Origin: Xylographa opegraphella
Taxonomy: Eukaryota
Reading direction: 5' to 3'
Assembly (NCBI GenBank): GCA_022813865.1
Contig: JALDZX010000048.1
Span: 124,001-161,295, forward strand
Length of the DNA stretch: 37,295 nt
Both the position numbers and the translations under genes were made by a program. The notes under the pieces were generated by a model, which had not been told where the DNA came from, searched no databases, and saw only the letters and a program-made list of their open reading frames with translations. Of the stretch, positions 1-9,983 are shown piece after piece. Each line of letters opens with the position of its first letter. Positions within the stretch are counted from its first letter, which is position 1.

Positions 1-2
1 CT

Positions 3-2266
3 ACTCTTCGATCGGTTCACGGTCTCGAGCGTGCTGATGAGCTACTCTTCAGGGGTAACACTGAATTGGTAGCAGGGCGTTCAGATCAAGCGCTGCAGAT
101 CTACACCAAAGTCCTCTACGAAGTGTCTCCAGGTCACGTATGTGCTTTCCTCAATCGAGCAATGGCCTATATTGCTCTAGGATATCCAGAGCTAGGAGTG
201 ACGGATGCCTACCGCGCAGCTATAACCTGTCAGCGGCTTCGAACCGCGAATAATCCTACACCACAGATGGAATCGGAGTGTAGAGAAATTGAGAAATACC
301 TCTTGGCCGACAAACTTCATTACGTGACAGAAGAACTATGGACTTCGCATTCAGATGGTCATATTGGCTCAGGCTGGCTACACACAGAACTCGCTCGGAT
401 TGTTTTTGCTCCTGAAATTGACTTCAGCCTCGGGAACGAAATACCGTGGGACGCGCTGGAAATCCGAGCACTCTACAGAATGTGCGGTGCACTTTTCCAA
501 TGTGGCCTCGGTGCAAAATCCGATTCACTCGGTCTAATTTCAGATGCACTAAACGCAGATAAGAGGGTTTACGATTTCACAGACCGTGAGAGGCGGACTT
601 TTCAGGCTCTAGGAGACGAGGTTTTGAAAGACTGCGTGACAGATTTATCGAGAGATGTGGAGTTCACAAGAGAAGTCATGAGAGCGAAGACGGCACTCAT
701 GCATCGAGTACTCTATCCTTGGGACACGCGTCTTCGTGATCTTGGATCCCCCAAGGATGTCGAGGAGCTTGCAGCTTATGTCGACTTTGCTGCAAGTAGC
801 TACACAATTCGTGTAGACCGGCCAACACCAGACTCAGGCTTGATGTTGAAGCTTGTAGCATCTCGTGATATTCACTTCAACGAGCTTATCCTGTCAGAGG
901 AGGGTGTCTTGCAAGTTACGACAGCTCGTCCGGCTACTACACAGGGTTCCTTCTGTGACAACTGTGCTGCAGTCATGATCACGTCGGGAGGTGCACAGCC
1001 AAAGACGTCGAACCAAATACAGCCTAGCTGGCCTTCCTCTGGGGCATCGATTCCAACCGCCGAACATGCTTCATCGTCAGAGCACGTGGAGACTCTCCAC
1101 GCGGAGGAACATACTTTGGCTTTACCTCGATTCACGGGACGTGCTCAACATCCGACAGATTCCACAACTGAATCCCCCGACATCATCGGAAACACCATAT
1201 CCATGGAAGATACTCCTGTTTCGCCAGAAGGAGAGCATGACGGTGTACCACTACACGAAGCATCTTCTCAGCCTCTTATACCTCCTCACAACAACAAGTT
1301 GGATCAGACTCCAGACTTTCATCGTTGCAATGCGTGCCTTGCCACTTCTTTCTGTTCCGGGGAATGTCTCCGGCTTCTCTGGGGATTATCATATGACGCT
1401 CTGTAAGACCGGTCTCGAGGAGCTCATCCGTTCTCGATGTACCAAGCGGGCTGAACAGGAGCAGCGACACGAATACGCCTCTCTTGATGGCCGTTTGTTC
1501 ATTCATCCAAAAGCTCGTTGCATTTACGATCTTCTCCTCGTGCGGGTCATTGCCATGGCAGTCGATAAGGATGTGAATGCGCTCGATCTGCCTGAAATTC
1601 GTTGGCTCAATGGAGACCTTCGAGCTCCGCCCGTGTCCTTTCAGGAACACCACAGCAATGGCCAATATAGACTCAGTGCTATATCCGGACAAGCCCGACA
1701 TGGAGTTGATCAACCGGAGCCGAGCTTTGCCATGGAGTTTTACGAATAACGTTATCATTCCAATTGACTATCTCGAAGCTATGGATATAGACCCTGTCAG
1801 AGAGCTGGAGAGAACCGACGGATGGATTTTGAACACACTCTTCGCAAAGCTAATGCACTCTACTCAAATCACTAAAGGTGTTAGACACGCGAAGAAGTAC
1901 GATGTTGTCGGCAAATTGGTCTCCGAAGAAGCGCCTGCGCCTGAGCCACTGGATGAAGATGTATGGGTTGGAAGCATACATCCCATATTCGCAATGATCA
2001 AACTCGCGGATTCAGAGAAAGGAGAAAGTGCGAATGTGTCTGTGGAGCAGGGGAAGGGTGTGCAATGCTTCGCATCACCAAGCGCTGAAAGTGCAAAGAA
2101 GGTATCCGAGGAAGACGTGAGCATGGGTGCTGGTCCCAGTGGCAGCGGCATGGATCAAGATACAATCTGGATCAGAACTGAAGATGAGATTTTGAGGCCT
2201 TCGATGTCGAAGAATTCTCGGGTGTGGCCTTCGGGCAATGAGGAAGTGGAATTGACCAAAGGTTGA
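3..2266 (+). pseudogene. TPR + MYND zinc finger + degenerate SET-like protein, 5'-truncated by the window and interrupted by two +1 frameshifts (pseudogene or sequencing error)
   Basis: The frame is open from base 3 with TPR-like helices (ALQIYTKVL...AFLNRAMAYIALGYPELGVTDAYRA). MYND ligands CDNC (954) and CNAC...FCSGEC (1326) lie in one frame, and the H-x3-C half (GDYHMTLC) is in the next frame (ORF 991..1749). The family-like C-terminal part (LPWSFTNNVIIP...DGWILNTLFAK...HPIF) is in a third frame (1577..2266). Neither junction has a usable intron. Confidence 0.7.
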
Positions 2267-2620
2267 AGGTTGAAGATTGTGGAGACGGGAGGGCGTGCTT
2301 GCTTTTTGCTTCGGCACAGCATTGAACAGTCACGATGTTTGTGTTATATAACGGCCTTATGCTGGCAGTGGCAACGAGATCTTTTCTGCGATGGATGCCT
2401 CTGACGTCCAGATATCATGCCCATCTCCACTTTAAGTAGTACATATCGATTGAGAGTCCATACCATCTGCCGAAGCCCTTCTCGTTATCGCAATTGCTTG
2501 GCTCACGCCGAAACCGAACTAGTGCCGCTGTCTCTAAAGTAAGGTAAGGTACAAAGCAAATCTCACCACGCGCAAGACCGTGAGAAGCTCCGTCCGGAGT
2601 TCGACTAATCTCGCAGCAGA

Positions 2621-4747
2621 ATGCCATGGCGGGCTCTTCTAAAGATGGAGGCTACATTCGTCTGCATCTGGGCGTTGATGGCGGCGTTCGCGCTGGCTGC
2701 AACGCAAATTGCGCTCTCCAGCCTGGCGCCCCAAAACTACGGTGACGGGAGATTGGGCGCTGTTGCTTCCGAGAGCAAGATATGTAGCCAGATCGGCATC
2801 GACTTGCTCAAGTCTGGCGGCAATGCGGCTGATGCTGTAAGATAACGATCCCTGGGGCGCGGAGAGACATTGCTGACCAGGGTATAGTTGGTGGGCACCG
2901 TTGCCTGCGTTGGGGTCATCGGTATGTGGCCGCTATTACAATTTTGACCATGCGAGCTGACTGATTCGATAGGAATGTACCATAGCGGCATTGGTGGAGG
3001 CGGCTTCATGCTTGTAAGATCTTCGAGCGGTAGCTACGAGGTCATCGATTTCAGAGAAGCAGCTCCTGCTGCAGCACATCAAGAAATGTATAGCGGTAAC
3101 CCTCTTGGTTCAATATTCGGAGGCCTTGCTAGGTACGAACCCCGAATGCGGTTCCTTTTGCCCAGCTGATATTCAGTGAAGTGGTGTGCCAGGAGAACTA
3201 CGCGGTCTCGAGCATCTTCACAGCAAATATGGGATACTATCGTGGTCTACCGTTCTAGATCCTGCAATTCGTGTCGCACGATACGGCTTTCCGGTATCTC
3301 AGGATCTTATTAAGTATATGGATTTTGCTACACGGGATTACGACTTTCTTACTTTTGATCCTACTTGGGCAATCGATTTTGCGCCAAATGGAACTAGACT
3401 TGGCTTGGGCGATATCATGACAAGGAGGAGATATGCGGATACTCTGGAAACGATAGCCGAACATGGAGTTGATGTATTTTACACTGGGGCGATGGCCAAT
3501 GCAACGATCAGGGCAGTAAACGGCGCAAACGGTTCCATGACTTTGGAGGATCTGAAGGAATACAGAGCAGTTCCGCGATCTGCGGCAGAAATAGACTATA
3601 GAGGGTATAGAGTGGTTGGGTGTGGTGCACCCGCAAGCGGTGCGGTAGTCCTGAGCGTGTTAAAGACTGTAGACGGATATGAAGGGTTCGGACACACAGA
3701 GATGCTGAATTTGAGTACTCATCGGTTGGATGAAGCGGTGCGTTTTGGTTATGCTGAAGTAAGTGATATCACAAGATGCTCGGAATACGAGATCCTAACT
3801 CCTGCCAGAGAGCAAGTCTAGGAGATCCTGATTTCGTTGAAAACATCCAATCGTATCAAGATGGCATGCTCAATGAGAGTTCTGCCGCCTTTAAGCGAAG
3901 CAAGATTTCAGATTACCATACTTTGAACATTTCTGACTATGACCCGTCAGGGTTTGAAATCCTTGAAACGTGAGTGGATTCTGATCTAGCTGTGGGAAAG
4001 ACACTCACATCACTCTAGACACGGTACCTCACAGGTAGTGGCCGCAGACTCGTCTGGAATGGCCATCTCTCTCACCAGCACTATAAATTTGATATTCGGC
4101 TCTCAAGTTATGGTTCCCGAAACTGGAGTGATTATGAATGATGAGATGAATGGTAAATAACTCCGCAGGGCTCCGAACTCTGAAATAAGTATCTGCTTGT
4201 TATTTGCCGGACTAATAGCTCCAAAGATTTTTCCATCCCTGGCAGATCCACAGAATTTGGGTTTCTTCCGTCTCCTTCGAATTACATTCGACCGCGGAAG
4301 CGACCCCTATCCTCCATCACACCAACAATCGTGGAACACCTCTCAAATAATTCCCTCTATTATGTTGTCGGGGCTGCCGGCGGCTCCCGAATCATTACCT
4401 CCACCATTCAAAACCTTTGGCATGTGCTCGACCACAATATGAGTACTGCGCAAGGTCTAGCACAAGCCCGCTTCCACGATCAACTGATTCCAAATGTTAT
4501 CGGATTCGAATGGGGCCAAGAGGACGTGAACAAAACCATGAGTACAAGGGCCGAGTCAGGCATCGGCACAGGAAAGGTCGAGGGCTACGACAATGCCACG
4601 GTGGCGTTCATGAGAGGCCGAAATCATACTGTTCTATGGGTGCCACCGGGCTACAGTTCCGCGCAAGCGGCAAGATTACTCTGGAACGGGACCTGGGAGG
4701 CTGCGGGAGAGCCAAGGCAGCATGATTCCGGAGGTTTTGTAATCTGA
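2621..4747 (+). CDS. ggt: Gamma-glutamyltranspeptidase (glutathione hydrolase), 7 exons
   Basis: Motifs GAVASES..CS.IG.DLL..GGNAADA, SGIGGGGFML, IDFREAAP, GVPGELRG, RASLGDPDF, nucleophile GTSQ, TSTINLIFGS, NDEMNDFS, RPLSSITP and GAAGGSRI. Introns 2837-2887, 2922-2972, 3133-3181, 3759-3808, 3970-4018 and 4153-4226 join these in frame. The N-terminus is hydrophobic (signal peptide or anchor). Confidence 0.95.
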
Positions 4748-4982
4748 TTCTCTGAAATTTTCTGGATGCCTCCAGAAACGCGCGATGCGCATCTGGGTCC
4801 AGGCAATCCGCACAAAATATCAAAGCGCTGACATTCGAGGCGGCGCCGGCACTGCGAATGAGCTTGCACCATTTCGGTGACGTAGTGCTTTATCATTACG
4901 ACGTCAAAACTTCACAAGAATACTTCCGCGTCATTTCTCTATTCATTCTTCTCGAAATCAAGAAACAGCAGCACCTCCTATC

Positions 4983-5936
4983 ATGGCACCTTCTAATGGA
5001 TGGATTGACATACATGGCCACTTCACGCCTCCGATTTCAGACTCCGAGCGTGAAGCTCGATGGCATGCGATGCGAGATGCGGCCTTTCTGGTTCCTGAAC
5101 CATTTCAATGGTCGCCCGAGTCTACCATTGAGTACCTTGACCTTGCAGGCATAGCTATGCAGTTCCTGAGCAACATTCCTAAGTCTCTTGACGCCCTCAA
5201 ATCCTCCAACGATTACGCCGCATATCTCGTCTCGAAGTACCCTTCCCGGTTTGGATTGCTAGCTGCGCTGCCCACTGACGACCCGCAAGCCTGCTTGAAG
5301 GAGATAGAGCGCGCAGGAACCGAATTGAAAGCGGATGGCTTTGCGGTAACGGCAATGTATAACGAGGTTCGACTGGGTGACGCAAGGCTAGATCCTGTGT
5401 GGGCCGAGCTTAATGAGCGTAACGCCGCTGTATTCATCCATCCAGACGCCTATGCTCCACCATCAATGGGACGCCCAAGCCCGCTGATCGAGGTTGCATT
5501 CGAGACCACGCGGATAGTCGTCGACATGCTGTACGCCGGTACCTTCCGAAAGTTTCCAAATATCAACTTCATCGTCGCTCATTGCGGAGGAGCGCTACCT
5601 GTCCTGTCTGGCAGGTTGGAGCTTCTGGGCGCTGAGCCATGGGTCCCCAACGCCAACAAGATCACCAAGGACGAAATTCGCGAGCAACTGGGCAAGCTGT
5701 ACCTCGACACGGCAGCCACGGCTCCCACCGGTCTCGCACCTGCATTACATATGGTTGCCCCAGATCACATCGTCTACGGAGCCGACTGTGGAGTGCCTTG
5801 CTCGACAAGCGCAACGATGGAGGAGAACCGCATGAAAGTGCTTGGGTACGAAGGGCTCGAAAAGCGTCAACGGGAGGCGATTGGACGAAATGTACTGAAA
5901 CTGTTTCCCCAAGCCGCTGCTAGATTAGAGAAGTGA
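4983..5936 (+). CDS. Amidohydrolase-2 family metalloenzyme (ACMSD / 6-methylsalicylate-decarboxylase-like), intronless
   Basis: IDIHGHF (HxH metal motif), FIHP, AHCGG.LP, LYLDTA and VYGAD motifs in a 317-aa single ORF. Confidence 0.9.
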   Translation: MAPSNGWIDIHGHFTPPISDSEREARWHAMRDAAFLVPEPFQWSPESTIEYLDLAGIAMQFLSNIPKSLDALKSSNDYAAYLVSKYPSRFGLLAALPTDDPQACLKEIERAGTELKADGFAVTAMYNEVRLGDARLDPVWAELNERNAAVFIHPDAYAPPSMGRPSPLIEVAFETTRIVVDMLYAGTFRKFPNINFIVAHCGGALPVLSGRLELLGAEPWVPNANKITKDEIREQLGKLYLDTAATAPTGLAPALHMVAPDHIVYGADCGVPCSTSATMEENRMKVLGYEGLEKRQREAIGRNVLKLFPQAAARLEK

Positions 5937-6174
5937 CAAATAACAAATATCATTCTGTTTGCGCCTTGGCGTCTCATGGACAGTGTCCGAAAATTGATTA
6001 TTAAATATTCAAGCCGGAGTCATGTCCGCTTATGTCCACACCCCCACTAGGACACCCCGCGCTAAGTGCTGCAGTCGACGATCGTCCACACAGTGTCATT
6101 CTTGGGTATCTTTGTATTGAAGAGGGAACAGGAAGATCTCCCTCTTCGAGCACTACGAATCTGCTCTCGTAGTC

Positions 6175-8294
6175 ATGGCACAAGTTGCACAAACTTCTCA
6201 AGAGCCTCAGCCTGAGGTGGAATCAGAGGTCTGCTTCATCTGCGCATCCCCGGTTGTGCATAATTCCGTGGCGCCCTGCAACCACCGGACCTGCCATATT
6301 TGCGCCTTGAGATTGAGGGCTTTGTACAAGACAAAAGCTTGCGCACACTGCCGAGTGAGTCTTCTGTGCACATCTCCGTCCTTAGCCATATTGAATATAC
6401 TGACAGATCTCAATAGTCAGAAGCAAAATACGTGGTATTCACCGACGACCCTATCAAGAGATATGAAGACCTACTGCAAAGCAAATTCGAGCAGACGGAC
6501 GACACATTGGGTATCAAGTACGAAAAGAAGGAAATACATGACGACACTGTACTCTTACTACGCTACAATTGCCCAGACCAGGACTGCGATATAGCATGCT
6601 GGGGCTGGCCAGACCTTCACCGTCATGTCAAGAGTTTTCATCACAAAGTCATGTGTGATCTTTGCACAAGAAACAAGAAAGTTTTCACGCACGAGCATGA
6701 ATTGTTCACGGTACCGGAACTTCGCAAGCATGAGAAGTTTGGCGACGATAACCCTGGCGCCATCGACCAAAGTGGTTTCAAGGGCCACCCAGAATGTGGA
6801 TTTTGTCGGCAGCGGTTTTATGGGGACGATGAGCTTTACGTACATTGCAGGGATAGACATGAAAGGTGTCATATATGCGATCGTCGGAATTCGGGCAGAC
6901 AACAGCAATACTATGTGGACTACAATTCGTTGGAGTCACATTTCAAGAAAGATCATTTTCTATGCGTGGTACAGGATTGCCTTGACAAGAAGTTTGTGGT
7001 ATTCGAGTCTGAGATGGACCTCAAGGCTCATCAATTGGAGGTACACCCGCATGATTTATCAAAGGATGCACGCCGCGATGCCAGATTAGTAGACATATCT
7101 ACATTTGACTACCGAACACCATACCAAGAACCTCGAGGTAGACGAGAGCGTGACGGGAGAGGCAGGGGCCGGGGTAGAGATCCCAACACAGAGCCTATTC
7201 CCCACTCAACTGCTCAACCGTTACGGAGAGACGAGCTTGCCTACCAACGACAGATGGCTATACAAAGCGCTCAGTCGATATCTACACGTACTTTTGGAGG
7301 ACAGCTTACATCAAGTGCACCATCGACTGTGACCGCAACGCCCAGCGGTCACCTGCCCGCGGTAGGTGGCCTGAATATCAACTCGACATCGCAATCTTCA
7401 TCGGAACCCAACGGCACCCCGTCAGCTGACCATGCCATAACGCCCCAAGAACTTTCTCGCCGTCTTCGGCATTCAGCGGTAATGGACCGTGCATCAGTGA
7501 TGCTCAAGAACGACTCTCTCAAGATATCCGAATTCAGAAATTCAGTGTCATCGTATCGGACTGCGGCAATATCTAGCTCTCAGCTACTTGATACCTTCTT
7601 CTCACTCTTTGATGTGTCTTCCGGAGACCTCGGGAAATTGGTGAAAGAGCTGGCAGATATATACGAGAATGAAGCGAAGCGGAATGAGCTCCTCAAAGCG
7701 TGGAATGATTGGAGAGCTGTGAACGAGGACTATCCAACTCTACCAGGCCCGACTGGTGTTCTACCTGGTTCAACGTCCTCGTCGACTGGCAGCGGCGGAC
7801 GACGTATTCTGAAGCTGAAAAGCTCGACCGTTCAATCGTCACGTTCCACTGTCAGCAAGCAAGGTAGCTGGGGAAACACACCGGCTGTAGCATCATCAAA
7901 GCCGTTACCAGCCGCCAATGCCAATCGCGCAGGTCCCGGCAAAGTCGGCCAGACACCGTGGACATCATCATCATCAGCGTCATCGTCACATCGTCCATCG
8001 CCTGCCCCATCACAGCCTATCTCCATGCCACCGTCGAGAGGAGTCGCAGACGCTTTCCCAGCTCTTCCAGCCGCCGCAAAACCAACGACCACAATATTCG
8101 GCCTTCATCACGGTGCGGTCCGATGGGACGATGGCAGAGGTTCAGTGCCGGTGAATGCGTGGGGGTCTGCATCTTCGACCAAAGCAACGCCGTCGGGTGC
8201 AGCTAGCGAAGACGACGGTGAACGATTTGCAGATGCGGGTCCGGGGAAGAAGAAAGGAAATAAAAAGAAACAGACACTCTACAAGTTTGGATGA
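6175..8294 (+). CDS. HEL2: Ribosome quality-control E3 ubiquitin ligase Hel2/ZNF598 (RING + C2H2 fingers)
   Basis: RING CFIC...CNHRTCHICALRLRALYK..CAHCR. Intron 6355-6416 (GTGAGT..CTGAC..TAG) joins it in frame to C2H2 repeats with GFKGHPECGFCRQRFYGDDELYVHCR, followed by a low-complexity C-terminus ending KKKKQTLYKFG. An additional upstream exon cannot be excluded. Confidence 0.93.
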
Positions 8295-8963
8295 CGAAGA
8301 CGAGCGATGATAGTCGACTGCTGTCGATCTTAATCCTTGACTCTGAGATTCATTGCGTCCGACTCGAACGGATATCATTGAAAAGGTGCCACTCGCGTAT
8401 TGGCCATCTGCGTCTCGTGTTCATCTTGAGGCATATGGAGCATATGTTCGGTTACTTGAAAGGTACACCTATGATGCACGCTCTCCGTCAACCTTCCATC
8501 ACAAATGGCGACTGTCGTCTTGTCTCAATCACCACCGATGAGCTGCTTCCTTGTATGCCTTTTCAGAACCTCTTCAATGTCGACAGCATATGCTTCCTGT
8601 TCTCTCAGCATCTTCCGCCATCCTGCCGTCGCCAGAATCTCGTCGACCTTACTCTCTCGTCCGGCTGTGCAACTTCAATACCTAGAAGCAGTCATCGCAA
8701 CTAACGTGGTCCAGCCTCGCCGCTAGCTGATGGCATATCTTGAAGAAAGGGATTCGTTGGAGGTTGCCATTAAGGTACATGAGAGCGCTGGCGTCTGTGC
8801 TTGTGTCTGTTTATTCCTGGGTGCATCCGGCTCAGCGGGCTGCCTTGATTTTTACGTGCGTACACCGAACCAGGTCTGTTAAGGGGAAATACGTCTAGTT
8901 GTCACCAGGTGCCAAGTCGTGCTCCTCGGTGACAGGCGAATATCGTCACGCAGTCTGGGTATC

Positions 8964-9005
8964 TAGGTAGTGTAGTGTAGTAGGTAGTGTAGTAGGTAGT
9001 GTAGT
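8964..9005. repeat. Compound microsatellite (TAGG/TAGTG; about three copies of TAGGTAGTGTAG)
   Basis: taggtagtgtagtgtagtaggtagtgtagtaggtagtgtagt, read directly. Confidence 0.8.
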
Positions 9006-9983
9006 AAAACAAATCATCCTTTCAAACCAGCGTGTCCAAGCACGACGCTCGAGTTTAGCACCCTGTGGATTCAAGATTTTAAATATGATATTCGATTCAA
9101 GCATGCCCATGCGTGAAAAACACGGGATAAATTGTCTCGTCTCAATGAAAATCCATCGTACTCGAACGCAAAAACGTCAACATTTTCGCCGTGTGATTCA
9201 CCCACTCGTCAAAGTCAATAACTACAGAAAAACACGAGCGAAAAGAATTCAGATCATCGATTTTTATCTCATTTTCTTTGGTCTCGAATAGATCGAATAG
9301 ATAAATAAAACTCATAAAGTAGTCAATACGTGAACCCTAACCCTCGTCCCAACCCCGATATCAAACCCTCTAGTCCATTTCCCGTCCCCGTCCCCACTCC
9401 CCATTCCCAATCAAATCACCAATGCGAAGCAGATCCCGATGGCGATCCCGAGCAAAAGCCGCGCTGTCACTGCATGCCCTGCTGAAAGTGTAGGATGATA
9501 TCATCGAGTGAGTGGTTGAAGTTCGATATATAATATATATAAATTAGTTAAGTCATGAAGGGCGAACGACCTACCCACATGTGCTTACAAGAAGAGCTAG
9601 ATACGGAAAAACAACGGACGAAAAACTCACGCCATTTAAATGTATTGTATGAAAAAAATTGCCCTACAGAAATATAAAACAACCTGTTGAAAACCAACGA
9701 TATCCATTCACTTTAAAGATTTTTGAACCCAGAGCGTACGTATATATAACGTGACCCGCAAGACTGAGATCCTCGCCATCCAATGCAAAGTCAACCAATC
9801 CCCTCTCACCATATCCCGTTCCCAATCCGTGCACAGAGCTCAAACTAGCGATATCCTCTCCAGCAACAAGCCCCAAATAAACGAAACACCTGCTGATCCC
9901 CAGTTCACACGCTCTCACTGCTCCTCCCCTCCCTTCCCCTCCTCCCTCACCCATCATTCAATCCCCCCTCTGGAAAAGCCAAT

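Noticed and set aside
9333..9344. AACCCTAACCCT, telomere-like or telomerase RNA template-like
   Set aside because: Only two units, inside the C-rich antisense of a G-rich 3' region. I recognised no pseudoknot, and there is too little room downstream for a typical filamentous-fungal telomerase RNA.
9483..9960. Splice-like signals downstream of the precursor stop (possible 3' UTR introns)
   Set aside because: Only isolated donor and branch matches, which cannot be supported without transcript data.
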